Virus record (IMG/VR): IMGVR_UViG_3300037467_000583
Location: 25,342-89,341 of that record
From: a virus
Taxonomy: Duplodnaviria > Caudoviricetes
DNA length: 64,000 nucleotides
Strand: one strand, 5' to 3'
A program made the position numbers and the translations under genes. Positions 51,791-60,428 of this stretch are shown here, piece by piece (position 1 is the stretch's first letter; every line of letters starts with the position of its first letter). The notes under the pieces are model-generated. The model was given only the letters and a program-made list of their open reading frames with translations. It did not search any database and had not been told where the DNA came from.

Positions 51791-52315
51791 TCATTTCGTA
51801 AGCTCCTTAAAACGACGCATAAAATAAATATAACTCATGTGGCTGTCCCATGCAATGATTTTGTTTGGATAGGGCTGATAGCCCTCATAACAAACTTCTG
51901 TCACACATGGCTGCATGTCCCTACGTTCTGCAAGGAACACCCGAATGTCAGCTTCCTTGATACTTGGATGAAACGGAAACTTCATGCCAAAGCGCTTGCA
52001 CATATCCACTTCAGCGCGCTTCTCAAGCTCCACATAGCCCGGCAGCATGCGCTTAAGAGGGCTTGGGATGTCTGCCATGAAGGCTTCTATGCCATCGTGC
52101 AGAAGCCCTTCTAGAGCATGTTCTTGTGGCACCATCTTGCTTACCAAGACACAGTGTTGTGCTACAGTGTAGACGCGATTGGTTTGCCCTGAGAAGCGTG
52201 CTGTGTGGGATAAGCCACGAGCGATGTCTTCTATGCCATATCGGCTACGCTCAGGGGCTTCGTAATCGAAGTGCCCTCCGTTTAGAAGGCTGATGGATGT
52301 GGAGTTCACAGACAT
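51791..52315 (-). CDS. HD-domain phosphohydrolase (YfbR-like 5'-deoxynucleotidase)
   Basis: RFSGQ...TVAQHC...LLHDGIEAFMADI...KEAD. Confidence 0.85.
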   Translation of the reverse strand: MSVNSTSISLLNGGHFDYEAPERSRYGIEDIARGLSHTARFSGQTNRVYTVAQHCVLVSKMVPQEHALEGLLHDGIEAFMADIPSPLKRMLPGYVELEKRAEVDMCKRFGMKFPFHPSIKEADIRVFLAERRDMQPCVTEVCYEGYQPYPNKIIAWDSHMSYIYFMRRFKELTK

Positions 52316-52646
52316 TCCTTGGTTAAATGTTGATTTACTTCAAACAGAATATCAGACCACTCCATATCTTCATCTTTCCTGTAGTTAAGCATTCCTACCG
52401 CTACACATGGACTAGTAAGGCAATAGCCTGTTGAAATCCACACTTCACACGGCTCACCATATGTATCTGTTTCAGGCCAATCTGCGATGAGCCTCTTAAG
52501 CTCTGCAACAGTGATTCCATTTTTGTTGAAAATGTTGTCCATACTCCCTCCTTAAATTTGTTGACGAATCTATGGTAGCCCATCTTCCGTAAGAATGCAA
52601 GCACTTTGTACAAATAAAAATGCCCCAGCCGAAGCTAGGGCGCCAG

Positions 52647-53303
52647 TCATTCTACAATTTCTTCTTGTACAACATTCTTAACACGCTTCGTGCGTGGCTT
52701 CTTAGTGGGCTGGTTGGCTTGCTCAATTTCCTTCATGCGAGCATTCGTACGTGCTTCAAAGCGATCCATGCACTCGGCAGCATCCATATACAGTTCAAGT
52801 CCATCTTCCAGACGCGAAATTTCATTTGGCGTAAGTAGCCCAGCATACAGGTCACGAATGATTTTCTTGCTAGAAGCTGTGATGTGGTTCACTTGAGCTT
52901 CAACGTTCCCACCGTGACCTTGTGCACCGTATTGCACATTGTGGTACATTATTGTTGCGTACTCGTTGACGTACAGGCTGTGTGCAAGAGCCATAATCAT
53001 TGTACCTGCGCTCGCGGTGTCGCTCTCAACAAACACATGAATGAATGCTTCAGTGTGTTTCATAGCATTGATAAGAGGGATGATGGCACCAAGAGAGCCT
53101 CCAACAGTGGACAGACGAATCTGCACAACATCGCCCTCTTGTGCATTCTCCAACACATCTACAAGCTCGGCAAATTGGAACACGTCGCGGAATTCTTCGT
53201 CAATCGTAACGCGGAACACTTGGCTGATGGGGGAAGCTTGTACTTGGAACGGTTCTTGTTGCCCGCCAAGCAGCTTCATAAGGTCTTTGTTCATGTGTTT
53301 CAT
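52647..53303 (-). CDS. ClpP-like serine protease
   Basis: LSTVGGSL, TASAGTMI, IMYHN, YMDAAE. Confidence 0.8.
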   Translation of the reverse strand: MKHMNKDLMKLLGGQQEPFQVQASPISQVFRVTIDEEFRDVFQFAELVDVLENAQEGDVVQIRLSTVGGSLGAIIPLINAMKHTEAFIHVFVESDTASAGTMIMALAHSLYVNEYATIMYHNVQYGAQGHGGNVEAQVNHITASSKKIIRDLYAGLLTPNEISRLEDGLELYMDAAECMDRFEARTNARMKEIEQANQPTKKPRTKRVKNVVQEEIVE

Positions 53304-53312
53304 GGTGGCTCC

Positions 53313-54092
53313 TTAATTGTAATAGTACATCTTGACGAACGCACGGCAAAGTCCCGAACGAACAACATCATCTGGTGTAAAATTAACAACACCTACGTTC
53401 TGTGCGATACACTGAAGGTCTTCGTCCTCTAAGTAATCTGGTTGGTGTTCTGCCATTCGATTGATGAGTTCTACTGTGTGCATCAGCCCACTGTTACCTT
53501 TTAGATCATTCTGTTTGTGGTCCCCAGTCAGAACAAGCTGGCAACCATCTCCAATACGAGTAAGAATTGCTTCAAGCTCTTCTTTCGTAAGATTCTGGCT
53601 CTCTTCTACAATGACAAGCGCGTTCTCAATGCTCATACCACGGATGTGCTCAACGCTCAGCATCTCCACTTTCTTACTTGTCAGGCAGTAGCCGAGAAAA
53701 CCTTTGCCCATGAACTTGCCAAGATGCTCAAGTGTCTGTTTGAAGAACGGCAGCAGCTTTTCTTCCAAAGTGCCCGGCAGCGCACCATTGCTTTTGCCTG
53801 TAGAGACGTTAGCACGAACAAGAAAAATCTTATCAATCTTTTTGGATCGTAGCAGTTCGGAGCCGTGGTAGGCGGCAAGGAACGATTTGCCTGTACCAGC
53901 AGAGCCAATAGCAAATACCACTTGACGACCTTCTTGCAGATATTGAAGTAGGCTTTTCTGCCGAGGATTAGCAGGTTTGACAGCGAGTTGTTTTTGTTGT
54001 ACAGGGACAACAACCTCTCCAGCAACAACCTCAACTACAGGCTTTTCGCCCGTCTTTTGCTTTCGTGTAAAACGCTTAGCATTGTTGGACAT
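53313..54092 (-). CDS. phoH: PhoH family ATPase
   Basis: GSAGTGKS, IRGMSIEN, VEESQN, LTGDHKQND, DVVRSG. Confidence 0.93.
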   Translation of the reverse strand: MSNNAKRFTRKQKTGEKPVVEVVAGEVVVPVQQKQLAVKPANPRQKSLLQYLQEGRQVVFAIGSAGTGKSFLAAYHGSELLRSKKIDKIFLVRANVSTGKSNGALPGTLEEKLLPFFKQTLEHLGKFMGKGFLGYCLTSKKVEMLSVEHIRGMSIENALVIVEESQNLTKEELEAILTRIGDGCQLVLTGDHKQNDLKGNSGLMHTVELINRMAEHQPDYLEDEDLQCIAQNVGVVNFTPDDVVRSGLCRAFVKMYYYN

Positions 54093-54377
54093 CAGTTATC
54101 CTCTTGTAAAAATGTTAATAGGAATGCCCAACAGCGATGTTAGACACTCCAATTTACCACTTGCAATCTAATCTGTCAAATCGGCCAAATAAGGTCTTTA
54201 GAGTTTTTCTCCCACTTACCAAAGTCGTCAGCAATGATCAAATCGATAGAGCCGTCGTCGCAGCGAGTATTAAAGCGGTGGATGTGATAGAACGTAGGAG
54301 GAAAGCCGCTACCCTCTTCTTGAATGACTACAGAGCCTTGTACAAGATTCTTGATGTTCACTTCTTTATTGGCAAAT

Positions 54378-54710
54378 TTAACCTTGATTTTCATTGTTAT
54401 CACCTTTGTTAATCTTCTTAGCAGCGCGAGCCTTAGCCATGATTTCTTGACGTTTTTCTTTCGTCATAACATCCCTACCACTCTCAGCGGACTCAAGCTG
54501 CTGCTTGGCTTTAGCAATAGTGTTGGCGTTGCGGATAAGATACACTTCGTACATGATATAGCTGAAGAAAGGTTCACGTTGAGGATCGATGTCCCAGCCG
54601 TACCCTTTGTGTTTAAATGCTTCTAGCATACTTTCAACATAGCTTGGCGTCACAATAGTTTTGTACTCGGTAGCACCTTCTTTAACTTCGGTTTCGATGA
54701 TGTCGCTCAT
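54378..54710 (-). CDS. Hypothetical protein
   Basis: AAGGAG SD, co-oriented. Confidence 0.6.
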   Translation of the reverse strand: MSDIIETEVKEGATEYKTIVTPSYVESMLEAFKHKGYGWDIDPQREPFFSYIMYEVYLIRNANTIAKAKQQLESAESGRDVMTKEKRQEIMAKARAAKKINKGDNNENQG

Positions 54711-55091
54711 TGCTTCTCCTTAAAAGAGTTGTTTAGATTTGTTACGGGCGCGCCCTACATACAGCGCAATTTTCTTACCTTTTGCTTCTTTGTCTGTCAG
54801 AAAGATTTCTGCAAAGCGTAAGTCTTCAAAGTCGGCAAAGTTTCGTTCTTGTTGCTCTACTTCGTATAGGATGTGTTCAAGGTCGTTCATTTGTTCACCA
54901 GAGCCATAGCTGGACCTTTGACATCGAACCAGTTGTCTTTACATCCAAGTACTTGTTCTCGTACACACCAGATAGCACGGTTGTAACTGTCTGCATAATC
55001 TAGGTTCACACAAGCTAGCTTACCGTTCTGACGATAGTACACCTTAACATTTTTCAGCATTGTTCCCTCCTTGAAAGTGGTTAGTGACTGA

Positions 55092-55157
55092 ATTGTAGAG
55101 CCTGTTCTAGATGCTGTCAAGCCTAAAATTGACAAGATAGGGCACAAATGCTATCCT
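55092..55157. promoter_or_regulatory. Back-to-back sigma70 promoters
   Basis: Minus TTGACA-N17-TACAAT (55092-55120); plus TTGACA-N17-TATCCT (55129-55157). Confidence 0.75.
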
Positions 55158-55186
55158 TCACTTGTTAAGAATTTTAAGGAGGTAGT

Positions 55187-55558
55187 ATGAGTGATGTGGT
55201 GAGTACAACACCCAAACCGTTGTTCAAAAAGAAGCACGAACTAGACAAGCTTGTAAAACAGCTTAATAAGATTAGTAAGAAAGCTGTGGAAGTGTTAGAA
55301 GCAGGGTTAACGAGTAATGACGAGCGTGTCAGGATGATTGCTGCTGAGAAACTGTTGAAGTTTTACATGGATAGTGCAGAGGCCCAAAGGGCTGACGAGA
55401 TTAAGGCAATGTTGCTGGATATCAAAGTAACAGGTCTTATCGGTCAGGGTAGCACGGCAGAGGACGATAATACACCAGCGTTGGATTTTGACAACATCAG
55501 CCCGGAATTTGCTCAAGATGTACAAGTGGTAGACATGGGTAACGTTAATAAGATTTGA
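55187..55558 (+). CDS. Probable terminase small subunit
   Basis: Helical protein at the head of the packaging-strand block; AAGGAGG SD; positional inference only. Confidence 0.45.
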   Translation: MSDVVSTTPKPLFKKKHELDKLVKQLNKISKKAVEVLEAGLTSNDERVRMIAAEKLLKFYMDSAEAQRADEIKAMLLDIKVTGLIGQGSTAEDDNTPALDFDNISPEFAQDVQVVDMGNVNKI

Positions 55559-55583
55559 CAAGATTCATAGAGCAGTGTACAAT
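55555..55583 (+). promoter_or_regulatory. sigma70 promoter of the tRNA/ncRNA cluster
   Basis: TTGACA-N17-TACAAT. Confidence 0.85.
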
Positions 55584-55700
55584 TTGTTTTGTTGAGTGAG
55601 TCGATCTTGAAATCATGCGGCCACATGACTCTAGCGCATCAACTTTAAGGCTTTCGCCATAGCCTTCACAAGAATTGGCACTCGGCTTCCACAAGAGGCC

Positions 55701-55775
55701 GTTTTCAAGACGCTTCCTCTACAGGGTCGTTGCCCCTCCTCATCAGCTTTGTAGCAGTAGAGGCGTCCTGAAAAC
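55701..55775 (+). ncRNA. Structured RNA candidate (long bulged stem + two-hairpin multiloop)
   Basis: GTTTTCA/TGAAAAC, GACGC/GCGTC and CTCTAC/GTAGAG pairings. Confidence 0.45.
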
Positions 55776-55780
55776 AATAA

Positions 55781-55868
55781 GCTCACTTCGCATAGTTCGT
55801 TCGATTGCACCGGCTTTGTAACCCGGAGGAGAAATCCCGCGTTGGTTAAAATCCAACAGTGAGCACCA
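55781..55868 (+). tRNA. tRNA-Thr(TGT), atypical
   Basis: GCTCACT/AGTGAGC-ACCA acceptor; CCGG-ctttgtaac-CCGG anticodon arm; T arm GTTGG-TTAAAAT-CCAAC. Confidence 0.75.
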
Positions 55869-55869
55869 C

Positions 55870-55962
55870 GGAAAGTTGGCTGAGTGGCTTAAGGCAGCAG
55901 GTTGCTAACCTGTCGAGTCTATTTATACGGCTCCATTAGTTCGAATCTAATACTTTCCACCA
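55870..55962 (+). tRNA. tRNA-Ser(GCT)
   Basis: GGAAAGT/ACTTTCC-ACCA; GCAGG-TTGCTAA-CCTGT; long variable arm; TTCGAAT. Confidence 0.92.
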
Positions 55963-56027
55963 TCTACGCACAAGTAAACCGCATCCGGTCTTCAGAGACG
56001 GCTCTTGCTGCGAAAGTGCACTTACAT

Positions 56028-56105
56028 AGGCCCGAATGTTCCAAGGTTGGCGAGTGAGTCTCCAAAACTTACTGTGGCACGTTCGATTCGTTGCCGGGCC
56101 TGCCA
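56028..56105 (+). tRNA. tRNA-Trp(CCA)
   Basis: AGGCCCG/CGGGCCT-GCCA; loop CTCCAAA; TTCGATT. Confidence 0.9.
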
Positions 56106-56112
56106 AATCATA

Positions 56113-56188
56113 GCGGAATTGGTGTAAGTGGGAACACAGCATCCTTCCAAGTTGCAGTAGCCGGTTCGATTTCCGGCATTCCGCTCCA
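56113..56188 (+). tRNA. tRNA-Gly(TCC)
   Basis: GCGGAAT/ATTCCGC-TCCA; loop CTTCCAA; TTCGATT. Confidence 0.92.
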
Positions 56189-56191
56189 GAA

Positions 56192-56255
56192 TATAGTTGC
56201 AGGGTTCGACACCCGGTGGAGTGCTTAACCACATTCGGCGCAGGTGCCAACTATA
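56192..56255 (+). ncRNA. Circularly permuted tRNA-like RNA candidate
   Basis: Closing stem TATAGTT/AACTATA enclosing GGG-TTCGACA-CCC, GTGG/CCAC hairpin and GGC-GCAGGT-GCC. Confidence 0.45.
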
Positions 56256-56366
56256 CCTTCTCTACTACCTTAGAGATTGTTAGCCTTACGGTTGACGAGG
56301 CTTCTACGAGAAGCTAAGAGAGGGTGAAATTCCCTCCGCACGAATAATAATTTGTAAAGGCCAACC

Positions 56367-58280
56367 ATGACAAACACAACTACATCCTCTTGGGGAGTTA
56401 ATGAAAAGGGCGAAGTGGTTGTTCAGCCCGGTACAGGTAGTACAACAATTGTAGGTTATATCTCGCAGGACGAAGTTCCTGTTGATCCCAGCGGAAGGTT
56501 TCTTTTGGCAGGGCTTTCTGCCAGCACAGACCCCTCTAATATTTTCTACGTCACCAACTACGGCGCCAAAGGCGATGGCGTCACAGACGATGCACCAGCA
56601 GTGAACGCTGCTTTGGCTGCTCTCTACACTAATAAGGGTGGCACGCTGGTCTTTCCGTTTAAGTCAGCAGGCTACAAGCTGGGATCGTCGATTGTGGTCG
56701 ATCCGGGCCAGTATTCGATGGGTAGCGGTATTGTCATCGGTCTATGTGGGAATCAGTTCAAGCCAACCCATACAGGCTGGTGCTTTGACATCAAGACCAA
56801 TTTCTTTGGCGCCAACAACGGTGGTAAGCTTGGTAACAAGCCTGTGATCATGCTGGGTGATGGTGCCAATATCAATAATGGTGGCGGCAACACTGCGATT
56901 GGTGGTGTGCGTTGGAACGACACGGTAAAATGGGCTATGCGTGATGTGGTTCTGAACGACTACACAGGTGGTACTCTTGTCCAGTTGAACATCACCAGCA
57001 ACGATCTGTCTACATGGGTCGAGCACGGCGACATGTCTGACATCTCCGGCTCAAACTTCCTGAATGGGCTATGGTGCAAGTCCACAAATATCATTGGCTC
57101 GTTCCTCGGTAACATGTTCACACGCTTAGCTTTTGAAGGTCGCGTCAACAATTGCAAGGACTACTGGCTTCAAGGTTTAATGTTCAACTGCCAGTTCAAC
57201 ATGTGCGGCGGCTATTACAACCAGAACGGCACCACGGGCGGCTGTTGCTTCTACCTAGACGGCGGTTATACTGGCACAACGTTCATTTCGCCGTGGGTGG
57301 ATGCAGGTGGCAACGGTACACAATCAGCGTTGACTGATTTTGTGTTTGGACCTAATTATACACCTAACCTTAGTTATTTCCCAACTCTTATTAACACGGT
57401 CGAGATTAACCTCCCTGTTAACTGGCGGGATAAAATGCTAGTGGCTACACCAATTGGTTACGGCACTCTTGACGGTGGTATTGCCGCCAGCCCAAGAGAA
57501 GTATCGCGTTCAGCTAAGACTTTCTATGTAGACGTAAACAACGGAGATGATACCAACAACAATGGCCTTAAAGACTATGCCAATGTTATTCATCCATTCA
57601 AGACGGTACAGAAAGCGCAAGATGTTATTCGTACTTATCTAGATGCAGGTAATAAGGATGTGATTCTTCAGCTTGCTGATGGTACTTACCCGGCAATTGT
57701 TGTGCAAGGCAATCCTCCGGGTATCGGAGCAGCTTCCTTTAGTATTGTAGGTAACACCACTACTCCGGGTAACGTAATCGTGCAAGGTACTAACACGGAT
57801 GCGTTTCTTGCTAAAGGTGGGGCTAGGGTCACTGTCAAAGGTATTAAGTTTCAAACGACCGGAAGTGGTAGCGGTATTAACACTCAGGATGTTGGGACTT
57901 CTGTGTATGTGGATGTTGGGTGCCAGTTTGGAGCTTGCGTGGCTAAGCATATGATTGCATATTTGGGGACTGAGATTAATCTTGCAGGGGCGTATACTAT
58001 TACTGGCAACGCTCCTGTGCACTATGAAGTTGCTGGCGGTGTGATCTATAAGAATGCTTCTTGCGATGCCACTAATAGAACATTCACGAATTTTACCAAT
58101 GTGTACAATGGCGGCAAGTTGATGATTAACAACACCGCATTCACGACAACAGGTTCAGTTGGCACACGTTATTATGTCTACGCTGGCGGGATGGTCCAAT
58201 CTTACGGTGCAGCTAATACAATTATGCCGGGTAACGCAGCAGGATATACAGACACCGGGACAGGCGGATTGTATTTGTAA
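56367..58280 (+). CDS. Right-handed beta-helix protein (tailspike/depolymerase-like)
   Basis: VTNYGAKGDGVTDDAPAVNAAL pectate-lyase-3-type start; second module TFYVDVNNGDD...PFKTVQKAQD; Gly/Asn/Thr-rich. Confidence 0.75.
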   Translation: MTNTTTSSWGVNEKGEVVVQPGTGSTTIVGYISQDEVPVDPSGRFLLAGLSASTDPSNIFYVTNYGAKGDGVTDDAPAVNAALAALYTNKGGTLVFPFKSAGYKLGSSIVVDPGQYSMGSGIVIGLCGNQFKPTHTGWCFDIKTNFFGANNGGKLGNKPVIMLGDGANINNGGGNTAIGGVRWNDTVKWAMRDVVLNDYTGGTLVQLNITSNDLSTWVEHGDMSDISGSNFLNGLWCKSTNIIGSFLGNMFTRLAFEGRVNNCKDYWLQGLMFNCQFNMCGGYYNQNGTTGGCCFYLDGGYTGTTFISPWVDAGGNGTQSALTDFVFGPNYTPNLSYFPTLINTVEINLPVNWRDKMLVATPIGYGTLDGGIAASPREVSRSAKTFYVDVNNGDDTNNNGLKDYANVIHPFKTVQKAQDVIRTYLDAGNKDVILQLADGTYPAIVVQGNPPGIGAASFSIVGNTTTPGNVIVQGTNTDAFLAKGGARVTVKGIKFQTTGSGSGINTQDVGTSVYVDVGCQFGACVAKHMIAYLGTEINLAGAYTITGNAPVHYEVAGGVIYKNASCDATNRTFTNFTNVYNGGKLMINNTAFTTTGSVGTRYYVYAGGMVQSYGAANTIMPGNAAGYTDTGTGGLYL

Positions 58281-58292
58281 TAAAGGAGATGT

Positions 58293-58595
58293 ATGTCTGA
58301 TAACAATACGAAAACATTTCATGCAGATGCTGGTAAGGGGTCTCGGCCCCGTGGCACTGGTTGGAAGAATTATTACGATAATTTCGATGCAATCTTCGGT
58401 AAGAAAGAGGAAGCGAAGCCAGAAGTCCTACAGGTTGAAAGTTTGTCGTCTGTTGGTAGTAAGGTAGGTGTCTTGACAGTTGGGACTATCGGTGGAGATT
58501 GGTCAACTGTGTCGATTGATGCAGAAGGTAATGTAATTAGAAAAGAATCTGGTTGCAGGATTACTGTCGAGGTCACGAAAGCCGACGAGGGCTGA
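58293..58595 (+). CDS. Hypothetical protein
   Basis: AAGGAG SD. Confidence 0.6.
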   Translation: MSDNNTKTFHADAGKGSRPRGTGWKNYYDNFDAIFGKKEEAKPEVLQVESLSSVGSKVGVLTVGTIGGDWSTVSIDAEGNVIRKESGCRITVEVTKADEG

Positions 58596-58599
58596 CATC

Positions 58600-58905
58600 G
58601 GTTGGGAAACCAACTAATACTCGTAACAAATTTGCCTAGAGGGACTTCGCTCCGATTGGGCATACTCCGCGAAAGCGGATTAGTGGAGAGGGTGGCATCA
58701 AGGTCACTAAAGCTCGCAGGCATGGTTGAGTGGCGCTGCGACACCGAATAAGAGCGTTTGTGATGTGCGCGCTCATTAAATATAGGGCACACCGCGTAAG
58801 CGCCTGTCTAGGCCAAGTTGTAAAGACTAAGTATAGGCAGACTAGGCAGCGGCTAGTCAATATTCTAAAGGAGGCTGCACGGCAGGAATGCTGTGTGGCT
58901 TTTTG
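58600..58905 (+). ncRNA. Structured intergenic RNA candidate ending in a terminator
   Basis: GTTGG-GAAA-CCAAC, TCCGC-GAAA-GCGGA, GACTAG/CTAGTC, GCTGCACGGCA-GGAA-TGCTGTGTGGC-TTTTT. Confidence 0.45.
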
Positions 58906-58925
58906 TTGTTTCTATTAAGGGCACT

Positions 58926-60362
58926 ATGAACAATAAAAAACAGAAAACAGTGCTTGGTCCGGACTCGCCTACACACAAAAAGTTCCTAGATTGCAAGAGT
59001 AACTACATCATCTTTGGCGGAGGAGCTGGGTGCGGGAAATCCCATCAGGCACTTTTGTTGGTACTCAAGTACAAGGACGATCCAAATTTCCGTGCAGTGT
59101 TCATTCGTGAAACCAGTACGCAGCTTTCTCAGGCAGGTGGATTGTACCAAGAAGCTGAGAAGATGTGGAAACAATTTGGTGCAAAGTTTAAGACACACCC
59201 GCAAATGACCGCTGTGTTTCCTAGCGGGGCACAAGTGCAGTTTAAGGTTTGTGGTGCGGATAGAGATATTTCTAACTACGACGGTGGACAGTTCTCCCTA
59301 GTCGTATTTGACGAGGCACAAAACCACACGGACGTGCAGATTCGATATCTTGAGTCTCGTATTCGTTCTCAGGCCAAAGGGCCGCATCAGCTTATTGCGA
59401 CCTGCAACCCACGTCGCGACAGCCATCTTATGCCTTTTGTGAACTGGTATTTGGATCAAGACACAGGTATTCCCATTCCTGAGCGTTCAGGTGTTGAGCG
59501 GTATTACGCTTCGTACAACGGGACGATGGTGTTTGCTGATACAAAAGAAGAACTGATTGAGACATATCCCGGAGTACGGCCACAGAGCTATACGTTCATC
59601 AGCGCCACTATTCGGGACAACCCAAGGATGAAGGTGCTCAACCCCGGATACGTGGCCCGTCTTGAGAACCTTAAGCGTGTTGAGCGTGAACGTCTGCTGC
59701 TTGGCTCGTGGTTTGCCAAGGAAGAGTCGTCAGGGTATTTTAAACGAGATTGGTGTGAGATTGTTGATAAAGTTCCTGCACTAGTTAGTAATCGTGCGAG
59801 GGGGATGGACTTAGCGAGTACACTCAAGTCAGAAAGTAACCCCAATCCCGACTGGACGGCATCTACCCGCATTTCTAAAGGAAAAGATGGTTTCTATTAC
59901 GTCGAACATGTTGAGCGATATAGAAAGCTGACGCACGGGGTTCTTGAAGAGATTGCCAAGTGTGCTATCAAGGATCGCGACGAGCTAGGGCAACAAGTTC
60001 CTGTGTTTATTCCGAAAGACCCCGGCGCTGGCGGAGCGGCAGCAAATATGTTCTTCATTAAGACGCTTGTAGAGAATGGTGTAGACGCTCGCACAGAGAT
60101 GGTTTCAGGACACACTGGCAAGCTGTCTCGTATGCAACCATTCTTGTCTCTTGCGGAGGCGGGGCTTGTCCGGGTGGTAAGGGGCGAGTGGAATGAAATG
60201 TGGTTCAACGAGCTAGAAGATTATATTGACGGCAATAGGAATCAGAAGGACGACATGTGGGATAGCACGGCTACGGCGTGTAAGGCTGTTATGAAGCAGA
60301 TCACTATTCCGTCGTTTACTCTGTCCGTAAATACTCAGCCATCCCCAATTCCATCGGTGTAG
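58926..60362 (+). CDS. terL: Terminase large subunit
   Basis: GGGAGCGKS Walker A, VVFDEAQ Walker B, IATCNP, GMDLAS, DDMWDS nuclease; start at MNNKKQ. Confidence 0.96.
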   Translation: MNNKKQKTVLGPDSPTHKKFLDCKSNYIIFGGGAGCGKSHQALLLVLKYKDDPNFRAVFIRETSTQLSQAGGLYQEAEKMWKQFGAKFKTHPQMTAVFPSGAQVQFKVCGADRDISNYDGGQFSLVVFDEAQNHTDVQIRYLESRIRSQAKGPHQLIATCNPRRDSHLMPFVNWYLDQDTGIPIPERSGVERYYASYNGTMVFADTKEELIETYPGVRPQSYTFISATIRDNPRMKVLNPGYVARLENLKRVERERLLLGSWFAKEESSGYFKRDWCEIVDKVPALVSNRARGMDLASTLKSESNPNPDWTASTRISKGKDGFYYVEHVERYRKLTHGVLEEIAKCAIKDRDELGQQVPVFIPKDPGAGGAAANMFFIKTLVENGVDARTEMVSGHTGKLSRMQPFLSLAEAGLVRVVRGEWNEMWFNELEDYIDGNRNQKDDMWDSTATACKAVMKQITIPSFTLSVNTQPSPIPSV

Positions 60363-60372
60363 TAGCACAAAT

Positions 60373-60401
60373 TTGACAAGACTTACTTGCAATGGTACAA
60401 T
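60373..60401 (+). promoter_or_regulatory. sigma70 promoter for portal/head genes
   Basis: TTGACA-N17-TACAAT. Confidence 0.85.
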
Positions 60402-60428
60402 TCGTTTCAGTAAAGAAAAGGAGCAATA

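Noticed and set aside
55963-56027. Possible tRNA with UCA anticodon (GTCTTCAGAGAC) in the Ser-Trp spacer
   Set aside because: No 7-nt anticodon loop with a proper stem, no acceptor stem, no T arm and no CCA.
58600-58905. Group I intron reading (GACTA/TAGTC resembling P7)
   Set aside because: These form a local hairpin, no gene is interrupted, and P/Q/R/S elements are not recognisable; kept only as an ncRNA candidate.
58893-58925. Longer terL start given by the ORF track
   Set aside because: Overlaps the terminator T-tract; the ATG at 58926 has an AAGGG SD.
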